Below are positions 10,053-20,663 of a DNA stretch of 64,000 bases, piece by piece. The stretch comes from an uncultured delta proteobacterium (GTDB lineage Bacteria; Desulfobacterota; Binatia; Binatales; Binataceae): NCBI GenBank assembly GCA_963808235.1, contig CAWEEQ010000004.1, forward strand, positions 3,648,001 through 3,712,000, read 5' to 3'. How positions within the stretch are numbered: the first letter of the stretch is position 1; every line of letters starts with the position of its first letter. Below the pieces are notes generated by a model that saw nothing but the letters and a program-made list of their open reading frames with translations, searched no databases and had not been told where the DNA came from. The translations under genes and the position numbers were made by a program.

Positions 10053-11319
10053 TCAGGCGGGGCGGGAGGCGGTCGCCATCAGGCGGGCGAATTTGAATGA
10101 GGGGAATTTGCCGCGCGGGGTTACCATTTGCGCGAAGCGGATCATTTCGTCGGCGGCCCATCGCTCGCGGTTGGCGGCGCGATGCGCGGCGCGGGTGCTC
10201 TTGTCGAGGGCGAGTACTCGCGAGACCTTCACGCTTGCGTTGTAGAACTGCAGCAGTTCCGCGTCGCGGCGCTCGGTGTAATTGGCGAGTGTGGCGGCTG
10301 GGATCGCGTTGCCGGTTGCAGCTCGAGAACCAATTCGGCGCGAGGTCGGCGACGATCGCCGCGCTCATCAGGGCGAGCGAATGGCCCTGGCCGAAGAGCG
10401 GATCGACGTGCAGGCCGGCGTCGCCGAGCAGGAGCGCGCCTGTGGTCACGGGATCGCGATAAGTGTTCTGAAGTAGTCCCGATGAAAATACTTTGCCTAC
10501 CATCGTTGCGCCCTCGAGCATCTTGCCGACTGCGAAGGAGCGATCGAGATAGCGGCGCAGATTGGACGGCAGGTCAGTGCGAAAGGAATGCATCTCGGCG
10601 GCGTCGAATGCGGTCGCGGCCACGGTGAGTCCGTTCTCGCATCGACAGACCAGATTGCCTTCGCCGCTCGGCCCGGATTCGAATTCAGTGACGACTTCGT
10701 CGCCGAGGCGCGCGCGATCGACGCCTTCGAAGTATGCGTAGTAATAGGCGCGCGAGCAGGGGACGTCGATCCGCGCGAATGCGCCGGTTCGATCCGATGC
10801 GAGCTGCGCGACCGAACTGCGCATCCCGTCGGCGCCGATCGTCAGCGGTGCGTGGAACTCGTGTGCGCCGAGTGCATCTTCGCCGCGGATGCCGACGATG
10901 GCGCCATTTTCGATTACAAGATCGGTGAGTCGGAAGCGCTCGCGAAAGGAAACGTTTTCGAAACTTCGGGCCGCGTCGATCATCGCGGAGTCCATCAGCA
11001 CGCGGCCGAGGCATAGTCCGCGATGGTCGGCGTCAGCATGCACGAGATCGCCGCCGTAATCGAAGTCCGGACCGATCGAGCGCATCCGGGCGAAGCGCAC
11101 ACCGCCGAGCCGCTCGAGCGTGTCGAGCACGCCCATCTTCGCGAGCACCATCGTTCCACCGCCGAGGACGATATGCGTCGAGAGGCGGTCGGATGGGAAC
11201 TGATCTTTGTCGACGAGCAGGACGCGGCGGCCGTCGCGGGCGAGAAAAATCGCGGCGGCGCTTCCGGCGACGCGCGCGCCGACGATTATCGCGTCGAAAG
11301 TTTTTGCTCGGTCGGGCAT
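10053..11319 (-). CDS. FAD-dependent oxidoreductase (geranylgeranyl reductase-like), frameshift near 10320
   Basis: IVGARVAG, GADGMRS, LLGDAG..VDPLFGQG; C-terminus continues in another frame (GNAIPAATLANYTERRD...RPA*). Confidence 0.85.
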
Positions 11320-11391
11320 AGAGGCCGAAGTTCTCGGAGCATCGAAAACGCTATCACGCGGCGCCGGTGAGGGCGCAAGTGAGCGCGCCAG

Positions 11392-11424
11392 AAAGGAAAG
11401 AGCCCCCTCTTTCGAGGGGGCTCT
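11392..11424 (-). terminator. Terminator hairpin
   Basis: AGAGCCCCCTC-GAAA-GAGGGGGCTCT then TTCCTTTC on minus strand. Confidence 0.7.
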
Positions 11425-11530
11425 CCCGTGTTGCGAGGCCATTTTGCGCCTCGGCTTAATTCCAGCAGCAGATCCTGGCAGCCTTAGCCAGCCTCCGGGG
11501 TATTAGCCCGAAGGTAAACTCGTTAAGTGG

Positions 11531-11635
11531 TTACTTCTTTTTGGTCTTCTTCGCCGCTTTCTTCTTCTTCATATTGCTCTTTCTCATAGGTTTGGACTTG
11601 GTGGCCTTTTTGGCCCTTCGCTTCTTTACTGGCAT
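11531..11635 (-). CDS. 34-aa Lys-rich basic small protein MPVKKRRAKKATKSKPMRKSNMKKKKAAKKTKKK
   Basis: GGAGG RBS, upstream promoter, downstream terminator; below ORF-track cutoff. Confidence 0.75.
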   Translation of the reverse strand: MPVKKRRAKKATKSKPMRKSNMKKKKAAKKTKKK

Positions 11636-11716
11636 AGGTACCTCCGCTTCCTAGGCTGCTGCTGGACAAGCTCCCTTTCTAATAAGTGAGGATCGGTTCC
11701 CCACGAGTTCGAGGCG

Positions 11717-11745
11717 ACTATATAAATATGTTATTCGCAGATCAA
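11717..11745 (-). promoter_or_regulatory. sigma70 promoter for the small basic protein
   Basis: TTGATC-17 nt-TATAGT with AT-rich upstream region. Confidence 0.65.
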
Positions 11746-11872
11746 GGCCTTGCAGTGAGATTTATAAACAAATTTTAAAGTCGGAAAAATAGAATTAGAT
11801 CAGACCGTTTCCAGTCTTTAGAATATCGTTCACAATTAGATGCCTTGAAAGATCACCGGTGCTTGAATTACG

Positions 11873-12190
11873 ATGGCCCGGATGACGAGGTTAAGCTTTT
11901 TAATCCGCCGGGAATGGCTCAGCCTAATCTTCGCCGGCGTGCTCGTGATGCTGCTATTAAGCGCGCTGATGGGCAGGCTGGGCCCGCGCGACCTGATCGC
12001 GCTCCAACAGCATCGCGCGGCGCTGGAGGCTCGGCGCGGCGGGCTTGAGGCCGAAAACGCCTCGTTCAGAACAGAGATTCAGAAGCTTCGTTCAGACGAT
12101 CGTTATCTCGAACGGCTGATTCGGCGCGAGCTTGGATATGCGCGGGCGGACGAGCTGGTTTACAAGTTCAGCGACGATAATCAGCGCTGA
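11873..12190 (+). CDS. ftsB: Septum formation initiator FtsB/DivIC family
   Basis: TM + coiled coil + YLERLIRRELGYARADELVY motif. Confidence 0.85.
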   Translation: MARMTRLSFLIRREWLSLIFAGVLVMLLLSALMGRLGPRDLIALQQHRAALEARRGGLEAENASFRTEIQKLRSDDRYLERLIRRELGYARADELVYKFSDDNQR

Positions 12191-12262
12191 CGTCACACAA
12201 AAATTTCCTATTCGCAAAAATCTGTTGCGCGCGCTCTGCTGTAAATGTCAGGGCGAGGCTAT

Positions 12263-13597
12263 CTAGAAAATCGCCTTTCCGATCAGGCGATAGTCGCGGG
12301 CCTGGCGCTCGAGGTCGTCGCGGAAATCGGGATGCGCGATCGAGATCAGCGCGCGTGCCCGTTCGGGTACCGACTTGCCTTTGAGGTTCACGATTCCGTA
12401 CTCGGTCACGACGTACATCACGTCGGTGCGCGGGGTGGTGATGATATTGCATTCGTCGATACGGGCGACGATGCGGCTCGCGCGGTGCGTATCGCGCTCG
12501 TAGGTCGACGCAAGGCAGATGAATGACTTGCCCTCGCGCGCGGCGTATGCCCCGCGCACGAACTGCAGTTGTCCGCCGGTGCCGCTGATTTGCCGGATGC
12601 CGGCCGACTCGGAGCACGCTTGCCCGGTGAGATCGATTTGCGCGGCGTTGCAGATCGAAATGACGCGATCGTTTTGCATGATGTGATTCGGCAGATTGGT
12701 GTAGTCGACCGGGCCAGCGAAGCACGCTGCGTTGCGATCGAGAAAGTCGTACATCCGTTTCGAGCCCGCCGCGAAGGTGTACGCCATCTGGTAACGGTTG
12801 GTCTGTTTGTGCGCGCCGGTCACTTTGCCGGCCTCGAAGAGGGTGACGAGCGAGTCGACGAACATCTCGGTATGCACGCCGAGATCTTTTATCGGCGAGG
12901 TCGCGAGCAACTCGCAGACCGCATTGGGCATCGCGCCGATTCCAATCTGGATGCATGCGCCGCTCGGGATTTCAGGCGCGATCAGCTCGGCGACTTTCTG
13001 GTCGACAGGATTCGCGGGCGGATTTTTCAACTCCGGCATCGCGGTTCCGCCGCCCTCGAGAACTCCATGCACATCGCCGATATGCACCGCGTTCTCGATT
13101 CCGAAAACGTAGGGCATCGCAGGGTCGGTCTCGACGATCACGGTCTTGGCCTTCTCGGTGATCGCCTTGTGATAGGTGACGGCGGGGCCGAAATTAAAAA
13201 ATCCGTGCGGGTCCATCGGCGCGGTCTTGAGCACCGCTACATCGACGTCGACAAAGCGGCGGTAGTAGTCGGGCGCCTCACCGAAGTTCATCGGGATGTG
13301 ATGGGCGAGATCGCGATCGTGCATCTTTCGATCGAGTCCGGAGAAGTACCAAGACATATAGACGAGATGACGCGACTCGGGATCGGCGTCGACCGCGGCG
13401 CGCGGGCGCATCGCGAGGCATCCGCGGATTTTCACGCGCTCGAGCCGCGCGACTTGCCCGGCGAGAGCGCGATCGAACAGGTCGGGCTGTCCAAGGCCGA
13501 ATCCGTACTCGACCCAATCGCCTGACTTCACCTTGGCCGCGGCCGCGTCGGCGCTCAGCAGCTTGCGCTTAAGTTCGCCATCGAAAGATGTCTGCAT
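12263..13597 (-). CDS. Acetyl-CoA hydrolase/transferase (4-hydroxybutyrate/butyryl-CoA transferase-like)
   Basis: IQIGIGAMPNAV, LGVHTEMF, ISGTGGQ, VVTEYG, IAHPDFR. Confidence 0.92.
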   Translation of the reverse strand: MQTSFDGELKRKLLSADAAAAKVKSGDWVEYGFGLGQPDLFDRALAGQVARLERVKIRGCLAMRPRAAVDADPESRHLVYMSWYFSGLDRKMHDRDLAHHIPMNFGEAPDYYRRFVDVDVAVLKTAPMDPHGFFNFGPAVTYHKAITEKAKTVIVETDPAMPYVFGIENAVHIGDVHGVLEGGGTAMPELKNPPANPVDQKVAELIAPEIPSGACIQIGIGAMPNAVCELLATSPIKDLGVHTEMFVDSLVTLFEAGKVTGAHKQTNRYQMAYTFAAGSKRMYDFLDRNAACFAGPVDYTNLPNHIMQNDRVISICNAAQIDLTGQACSESAGIRQISGTGGQLQFVRGAYAAREGKSFICLASTYERDTHRASRIVARIDECNIITTPRTDVMYVVTEYGIVNLKGKSVPERARALISIAHPDFRDDLERQARDYRLIGKAIF

Positions 13598-13829
13598 CTG
13601 GATAATTCCTTAACCGCCGGGGCCGGCCCCGGCATCAATTTCACGAAAAAAGATATCAGAATTCCCGAAACCTGACGCAGGTCAGCCGGGGCCATTGCGC
13701 CGCGTCCAAGACAGGAGAATACGCGTTCAGGCAAGTTACAATTTGTTTTGCGGGGTATTGAAGCGCTTGAGTCATAAGCCGACAGTGGATTGTGTTTTCA
13801 ACCTTTCAAGGTCGGTGAAGGGAGAGACG

Positions 13830-14258
13830 ATGAACGCGTTACGAGGCTTCGTACTGGCACTGCATATCTTCGGCGCGATTTTCTGGATGGGCGGGCTATT
13901 GATGATCGCGAGCCTGCTGGCGCGGGTGCCGGACGAAGTGGGACTTCCGAGGGAGCGCTTTCTGGGCGCGGCACGCGGACTATTTGAAGTAGGCACCAAT
14001 GTCGGCGCGGCAGTAACGCTGCTTTTCGGAATCATTCTGATCGTGATGGAGCCGGAGCTGTGGCATCAGGGATGGTTGGCGGCCAAGCTGTTGCTGGTCG
14101 CGGTGCTGCTGTTTTATCACGTCCGGTTTTATCGGCGGATCATGTTCCTGGAGAACAACCCGAGCCATTCGTCGCGGCGCGAGTTCCAGGTTATTCACGG
14201 GATGGTGAGCCTGCTGCTGTTCGCGATTCTGCTCCTCGCCGTGATGAAACCGTTCTAG
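13830..14258 (+). CDS. HemJ/CopD-family membrane protein
   Basis: ALHI..IFWMGGLL, GWLAAKL, terminal LAVMKPF. Confidence 0.75.
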   Translation: MNALRGFVLALHIFGAIFWMGGLLMIASLLARVPDEVGLPRERFLGAARGLFEVGTNVGAAVTLLFGIILIVMEPELWHQGWLAAKLLLVAVLLFYHVRFYRRIMFLENNPSHSSRREFQVIHGMVSLLLFAILLLAVMKPF

Positions 14259-14259
14259 G

Positions 14260-14286
14260 GCCTCTCCCCGTCAGCAGGGAGAGGCT
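14260..14286. repeat. REP-like hairpin between convergent genes
   Basis: GCCTCTCCC-CGTCAGCA-GGGAGAGGC. Confidence 0.6.
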
Positions 14287-14295
14287 GGAAGCGGA

Positions 14296-16486
14296 TCATT
14301 TTCCTTTTCCTTTCAGCGGAATCATCTGAGTCCCATGTACCGTATCGTCAAGAATCGTGACTGCATCGGTCTGCAGACCCTTTGCGATCGGTTGAAATCC
14401 CATCTTGAGCTTGCATGTTTTCTTTGGGAGCAACTGGGGGCCGCAGGTCGAGGAGAAGAACCCGAATATCTGCGGGTTGGTCTGCGGCACCGTAATTGAA
14501 AAGAAAGTTATCGGCGGTCCCGAGGTGGCGGTATTCAGGAGCGTGACTGTTACCTTCGGCGACGAATGGCCAACCTTCACCCCGTGGAAATTTACCGATG
14601 TCGGCGTGATTTTGAGTACGTCGGGATTGGGAGTCGGTGTCGAGGTTGGCGTCTGCGTCGGCGTCACAGTTGGGGTCGGAGTCGCGCCTGAAATGGCCAC
14701 GGTCACGTCCACGGATGCGGACTCGATACCGTTTGCGACCACGACCAGGGTGCTCGCGCCGAGCTCGATGCCGCCCGGCACGTCGAATTCAGTGGAGACC
14801 GTCGCATTGCCGGTCGCGACCGCCATGGTGCTGTGATTGTGCGTGCGGGCATAGAAGACGTGCCCGGTGCCATTGTTGGTGATTCGCACCAATGGATAGT
14901 TGGTGGCGCCCTGGTAATCGTCTCCGTAGCTGACCGCTTGCGACAGGCCGTTGAACTGCGTGCCGCTGATAGGATTGTTCGTGCCGCCCGGGCTTATCGT
15001 GGATGGGAAAGTGGCGATAGTCGGCGCCCATGCCGCGTTCGGACTTCCTGAAGGCGTGTAGATTTCGATATCAGTTGACGAATCGTCGGTGCGAAGAATC
15101 TGTCCAGTCGGGAGTACCAGCAAACGCTCAACAAACGACGGGAGTTCTGACGCGGTCGCCGGCGCATTCACCCGAGTCAGGTTGGTTCCATCGAACTCGA
15201 AGTACTCGGTCGGCGTGATCCATCCGCAATTGGCGTCGATCGGACTAGCTGCAAGAAGCACGTTGCCGTCGGGAAGCAGCGCCGCCGGAGCATCGGCCAT
15301 CGCCAATTGTTCTATCGTGCCGGGAGAGACGCAAGCATCGAAATCCGAAATAGTCGGAAAGCTGGGACCGCTGGCCCAGGTGCCTGCGCCGACATTGTAG
15401 ACGTCGTTGAAGCCGGTACCGCCGGCGGCAAAGACGGTGCCGTCAGGACGCAATATCGCTGGTCCTATTTCAAAATACTGGGTTCCCCCTTTGCTGAGGA
15501 GAACAAGCGGGATCCGGTGCCGTTCCTGCGCTGCTCCATGCCTTCGTGGAGGAATTGTAAGTAAGGGCTGGAGTATGGACATTGTCATTCGAGTTCCAAA
15601 CCTCGAGGGTCAGAACGGTGCCGTTAGGCAGCAACTCCCATCCTTCCTCGTCATTGATGGTGTCGGCGGACTTGCCGGTGGGAGTGAAGGGACTATTGAA
15701 GGTCGGAGGATTGGTGCTGGTATTTAATGTTGCGAGATCGACTGTGCTGTTGCCTGAGTTGGCGGGATTGAACGGCCTTGCGATCATGAAGGTTCCGTTC
15801 GGCAGAACAACGGACTGCGCGTCGCCGATCTGTTTCCATCCGGTCGGCGCAGAAATGCAGGTCCAACTGTTTGCGACCGGATCATAGATGGCGCCCTGAT
15901 CGGTCCAGACCTCAGAGCCACTGTTCGGGACATAATGGTAGTCGTAATTGTATTCGCCGCCGATCATGACGAACCGGCCGTCGGGCAGCACTGCCGAGCC
16001 GTAGTAAAGGGGAGAATAAACCGTGTCCGCCGACTCGCCCGTATAACCGTTGGGGCAATCTGACGGCGCCGACACCTCGGTCCAGGTTCCATTGATATAA
16101 CTGCCGGTATTGTCGGGGGTAAGAGTCCACCAGGCGACGTTGGTCATGGTGCCATCCTGGACCAGAACTCTGCCGTCGGTCAGCAGGAATACGCCGGCGG
16201 GATCGAATGACGGCGTATTATTCAATGGCGTCCAGGTCCCGGACGTTATTGTTGGAGGTTCCGTCAGTGCGGACGCGGAAGCCGCGCGCGGGATCGGGCT
16301 CCGCGAATGACGCAACGGGCCCCCTGGAGTCATCGCGGGCCGCGGCGGAGGGGGAAGCTCGTCTATCGAGCCACCTGGCGACGAGGCCATGGGTGCGCTC
16401 AGAATGGTAATGCCGAGCAGTCCCGATACGATCGCGAATAAAATCGCGAGCGCAGCAATTCGCCTCTTAGCACGCGCTACATTCAT
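14296..16486 (-). CDS. Secreted kelch-like beta-propeller protein with PT linker and C-terminal Ig/ASH-like domain, frameshift near 15510
   Basis: Repeated LLxDGRV/LPNGT blades in both ORF halves, TPTPT linker; frames join as APDP/LVLLSKGG. Confidence 0.82.
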
Positions 16487-16699
16487 GTACCAAAATCTCC
16501 CCCGAGTGCATCGAATCTCAGTAGTGTGGCATAGCCAAATTAACCAATAAAGCGATCTCGCACCATTCCAGCACTAAAATCGACTTCCATTGGGTAATTG
16601 GGTGAAATAAGCAGCACTGACTGCTTATATGGGGCCTACGTACACCGGTCAAATGCGACCGGGATGGGAGGACGGTCGGCGGTCAGGAACCCTGGCGCC

Positions 16700-17477
16700 T
16701 CAGAAGTGATCTTTGAGCTGGCGGGTCTTCGCGAAGATGGCGACCGGATCGTCGCCGACGCCGGGATCGCGCTTTTTCAGATTGGCGCGCAGCTCGGCGC
16801 TGTCGGTTCTGAGAAACGGATTGGTCTTTTTCTCATCGCCAATCGTGGACGGCACGGTGAACTTGCCGGCGGCTCGTGTCTTCACGCTCCACTCATGTCT
16901 GGCTTTCAGAGCCTGGTTGCCGGGCTCGAGGCTGAGCGCAAAGCGGAGATTTTTTTCAGTGTATTCGTGCCCGCAATAGACTTGGGTATTTTCCGGCAGC
17001 GACGCGAGTTTTTTCAGCGACGCGACCATCGTGGCGGCGTTGCCCTCGAACACTCGGCCGCATCCGCCGATGAACATCGTGTCGCCAGTGAAGACGGCGC
17101 TCGAGCGTGGGAAAATAATAAGCGACGTGGCCGTTGGTATGCGCCGGGATTCCGATCACGCGGCCCTCGAGCGCGCCGATTCGGACCTGCTCTCCGTCGG
17201 CGACGGGATTGGTCAAGGCGGGAATCCGGCCGCCCTCGGCGCGGGCGCCATAGATTTTTATGCCGGGAATTTTTGCCGCGATGTCCTCGTTGCCGCCGGA
17301 GTGATCGCCGTGCCAGTGCGTAGTCAGCACAGCGACGATTTTTGCGCCGTGAGATTTGGCCGCTGCGATGACCGCGTCGGCCTCGGCGCAATCGACGACG
17401 CCGCACTCTTTGGAGGCGTCGTCGATGATGAGATAGGCGTAGTTGTCGGATAGCTGCGGTACGGTGATTATTGCCAT
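16700..17477 (-). CDS. gloB: Hydroxyacylglutathione hydrolase (glyoxalase II), frameshift near 17101
   Basis: SDNYAY, THWHGDHSGG, HTNGH, then VFTGDTMFIGGCGR, YCGHEYT, TNPFLR in second frame. Confidence 0.9.
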
Positions 17478-17504
17478 CGCGATACTCCTTTCAGGATGCT
17501 CGCG

Positions 17505-18278
17505 TCACAAGCCGACGATGTTGTAGCCGACGTCCACGTATATCGTCTGGCCGGTGACGCCGCTGGACAAGTCGCTCAGAATCGCGGCGGCCATGGTGCC
17601 GACTTCCTCGGTCTTGATACCGCGGCGCATCGGCGAGCGCGCCTCGACTTCGTGCGCCATGCTGTGAAAATCGCGAATCGCCGACGAGGAGAGGGTTCGC
17701 GCAGGGCCGGCGCTGATCGCATTGACGCGGATATTCTTGCTCCCCAGATCGATCGACAGGTAGCGCACGCAGGCTTCCAGAGCCGCCTTGGCGATACCCA
17801 TCATGTTGTAGTTGGGAATCGCGCGAACCGCCCCGAGATAGCTGAGGGTCAGGATCGAGCCTCCGCCGCGCGCTTCCATCAGGGGCTCCGCGGCGCGCGC
17901 GAGCGCGACCAGCGAGTAGGCGCTTATCTCCATCGACTTCGCAAAGTTGGCGCGGCTCACGGTCAGAAATCGATCGCGGAGATCCTCGCGCTCGGCGAAT
18001 GCGACCGCATGGACGAGCAGATCGAGTCCGCCCCATTTTTCCTTGAGCTTCGAAAACACCGACTCGATCTGCGCGTCGTTGGTCACGTCGAGCTCGCCGA
18101 TTACCGAGGCCTCGATTTGCGCGGCGAGCGGACGGACGCGTTTTTCCAGTATCTCGCCCTGGTAAGTGAACGCCAGCTCCGCGCCCTCGGCCGCGAGCGC
18201 CTGCGCGATAGACCATGCGAGGCTCTTCTCGTTTGCGACGCCGACTACCAGCGCCCGCTTGCCCGCTAAGATACCCAT
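17505..18278 (-). CDS. fabI: Enoyl-ACP reductase
   Basis: GVANEKSLAWSIA, YNMMGIAKAALE, NAISAGP. Confidence 0.95.
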   Translation of the reverse strand: MGILAGKRALVVGVANEKSLAWSIAQALAAEGAELAFTYQGEILEKRVRPLAAQIEASVIGELDVTNDAQIESVFSKLKEKWGGLDLLVHAVAFAEREDLRDRFLTVSRANFAKSMEISAYSLVALARAAEPLMEARGGGSILTLSYLGAVRAIPNYNMMGIAKAALEACVRYLSIDLGSKNIRVNAISAGPARTLSSSAIRDFHSMAHEVEARSPMRRGIKTEEVGTMAAAILSDLSSGVTGQTIYVDVGYNIVGL

Positions 18279-18308
18279 GCGAATTATTTTCCTGGTTGAC
18301 TTGTGGAA

Positions 18309-19082
18309 TCAGATCTCGATCTTCATCCCGTCGAAGCCCATCTCGATGGCGATTTCGTTCTCGCGGCTCAGCACTTCGCGTCCAAGATGCGTCAGCACCA
18401 TCCGCCCTACTTTAAATTTATCACGATTGGCGGCGAGCAGCGGATAATTGAGATGGAAGTTCAGTTGCGCGCTTTCATAGTAGGTGCATTCGCACAGGAA
18501 CAGGTCGGCGCCGTCGCTGAGCTTTACCAGCTCGTCGTTCCATCCCGAGTCGCCGGAGAAGACAATCGACTTGACTCCGAGGTTGACCCGAAGCGAAAGC
18601 GAAATGTCAGGCTTGGTGTGCGGACTTCGAATCGCGCGGACCTGGAATTTGCCGAGTCGCGCCGATTTGCCGGGCTCGAGCACAACGAATTTCAGCTTGT
18701 GTTTTATTTTTGCGAGATCGAAGTGCGGAAACATCAGGCGCACCAACTGCCAGGTCCGCTCCTCGAGCTTGGCGGGCCCCGCAATCGTGAGCACCTTCTT
18801 GCGCCGCGTCTCCCACATATAATCGAGGATCAGAAATCCCAGGCCGGCGAAATGATCGCCATGAAGATGACTGATCAGCAGGAGATCGAAACTGTCGGTC
18901 GGGATGCGGTTGCCCTTCAGCGCCTGGAGCAGGCCGGGACCAGCTTCCATCAGGATGCGGCCGCCGGGTGCGTCGATCAGGTAACCGGCTTGCGCCCGTC
19001 CGTAACTCGCGAACGCATCGCCGGTGCCCAACAGGGTCACGGTAACGGGCGCACCGTTCGATGCAGTGCGATTCGGATTCAT
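18309..19082 (-). CDS. MBL-fold metallohydrolase (RNase Z-like family)
   Basis: LGTGDAF, SHLHGDH, FSGDS, LTHL. Confidence 0.88.
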   Translation of the reverse strand: MNPNRTASNGAPVTVTLLGTGDAFASYGRAQAGYLIDAPGGRILMEAGPGLLQALKGNRIPTDSFDLLLISHLHGDHFAGLGFLILDYMWETRRKKVLTIAGPAKLEERTWQLVRLMFPHFDLAKIKHKLKFVVLEPGKSARLGKFQVRAIRSPHTKPDISLSLRVNLGVKSIVFSGDSGWNDELVKLSDGADLFLCECTYYESAQLNFHLNYPLLAANRDKFKVGRMVLTHLGREVLSRENEIAIEMGFDGMKIEI

Positions 19083-19138
19083 TGCGGCGGCCTATGCTAA
19101 TATCATCGGCTCAAGCGCGCAAACCGGAGCTGAATTAG

Positions 19139-20095
19139 ATGAAGCAAGTAAAGATTGGCGTTGGATTTGGGCTTTGGCGGCTTGGGATGCCCGCGGCGGA
19201 GACTATCGCGCACGTAGCGGAGCGAGCCGAGGATTGGGGGCTCGATTCGTTCTGGCTGTCGGATCATCTGCTCGCGCCGTCGCCGGAACTCGACGTGGTG
19301 GCGACGCTCGCGCTGCTCGCCTCGCGCACCAAGCGGATGAAGCTCGGGCCGAGCGTGCTGCTGCTCAACTTGCGGCATCCGCTGATGGTTGCGAAATCAT
19401 TCGCGTCGCTCGATTACATGTCGGGCGGGCGGATGGTGATGGCGGTCGGCACGGGCGCGAATCTCGCCGACTATGCGGCGTGCGGGATTCCGACCGAGGC
19501 ACGCGGCCGCCGGCTCGACGAAGGAATCGAGGTGCTGCGCACGGTTTGGAAAACCTCGAAGGCAAGTTTCCACGGAAAGTTTTTCAATTTCGATAACGTC
19601 ACGATCGATCCGCGTCCGGCGCCGCGCACCAACAACGACTCGGGCACCATGGATATCTGGGTCGGCGGACGCTCCGACGCGGCGCTCAAACGCGCGGCGC
19701 GGCTGGCCGATGGCTTTTTCGCATCGTTCCAGACGCCGGAAGAATTCGGCGTCAGCATGGCGAAGATCCGCGACTATGCGGCGGGCTATGGGCGGGCGAA
19801 CGCGCGAATCGAATCGGGACTGATTCTTCTGTGCAGAATCGCGAAGTCGCGCGAGGATGCGCTCGAGGAGATGCGCCCGATGCTGGCGGCGATGGGCACT
19901 GGCGCGGAGGCATACCTGGCGCGCACGGTTTATGGATCGCCCGACGACGTTCGCGAGCGGCTCGGCGAATATGTTGCGAAGGGACTCGACAAGTTTGTGC
20001 TGTGGCCAATCGCTGCGCCGGAGGCATGGCCGAAGCAAGTTGAACTGGTCGGCCGCGAGATCGCGTCGCATTACTTCGACGCGCGTGCGGCCTGA
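19139..20095 (+). CDS. LLM-class flavin-dependent oxidoreductase
   Basis: AEDWGLDSFWLSDH, SLDYMSGGR, IWVGG..ALKRAARLADG. Confidence 0.9.
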   Translation: MKQVKIGVGFGLWRLGMPAAETIAHVAERAEDWGLDSFWLSDHLLAPSPELDVVATLALLASRTKRMKLGPSVLLLNLRHPLMVAKSFASLDYMSGGRMVMAVGTGANLADYAACGIPTEARGRRLDEGIEVLRTVWKTSKASFHGKFFNFDNVTIDPRPAPRTNNDSGTMDIWVGGRSDAALKRAARLADGFFASFQTPEEFGVSMAKIRDYAAGYGRANARIESGLILLCRIAKSREDALEEMRPMLAAMGTGAEAYLARTVYGSPDDVRERLGEYVAKGLDKFVLWPIAAPEAWPKQVELVGREIASHYFDARAA

Positions 20096-20663
20096 ACTCT
20101 CTGTGCGCGCAGCACTCGCGCTCATCGTGGCGAGCGTCGCGCTGGCCGGATGCGCAAAGCCGGTGCCGGCGACTCGGGCGCCGCGAATCTACGCGAGCGC
20201 AGAGGAAGTCGAGCTCAACTTCCGGAGCCGCACTTTCGTTCTTGGCGACGACGACAAAATCGCCGAGGTCCGCCCGCTCAACTGGCCCAAAGACAAGTTC
20301 ATCAAGCTGCCCTTCTGGTTCGGGGTCAATATCCTGGTGCCGGGTGTGATGGCGCCGAAGGAAGGCGATTTTTACGTCATCAGCGAGGCGACTCTCGACA
20401 AGCCGCTCGACGCGCCGGGCGAATGGATGATCGACGCGGGCAGCACGCTGGTCAAGCAGGAGACGGTGCTGGTGACGACGCGCACGCAATATCTGTCCAC
20501 CGGAAAAATCCTGCCGACTATTGTTCAGTACATGGGCAAGCGCGAGTTCAAACGCTCCGACGGCAAGCCCGTGCAGATTCCGGTCTTGCGCGAGGTGTCG
20601 TTGCCGATGAAGTGGACGCTCGGCGGAAGAATCCCCGCGAGCTACGCGCGATACCGGGTATGA
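20085..20663 (+). CDS. Hypothetical lipoprotein (paralogue 1)
   Basis: Lipobox LAGC; shares LPFW.GVN and PVLREVSLPM with next gene; start uncertain. Confidence 0.7.
   Translation: MRPELSVRAALALIVASVALAGCAKPVPATRAPRIYASAEEVELNFRSRTFVLGDDDKIAEVRPLNWPKDKFIKLPFWFGVNILVPGVMAPKEGDFYVISEATLDKPLDAPGEWMIDAGSTLVKQETVLVTTRTQYLSTGKILPTIVQYMGKREFKRSDGKPVQIPVLREVSLPMKWTLGGRIPASYARYRV

Noticed and set aside
17095-17110. Programmed frameshifting in gloB and the other split genes
   Set aside because: No slippery sequence or stimulatory structure; four independent +1 events point to sequencing error.
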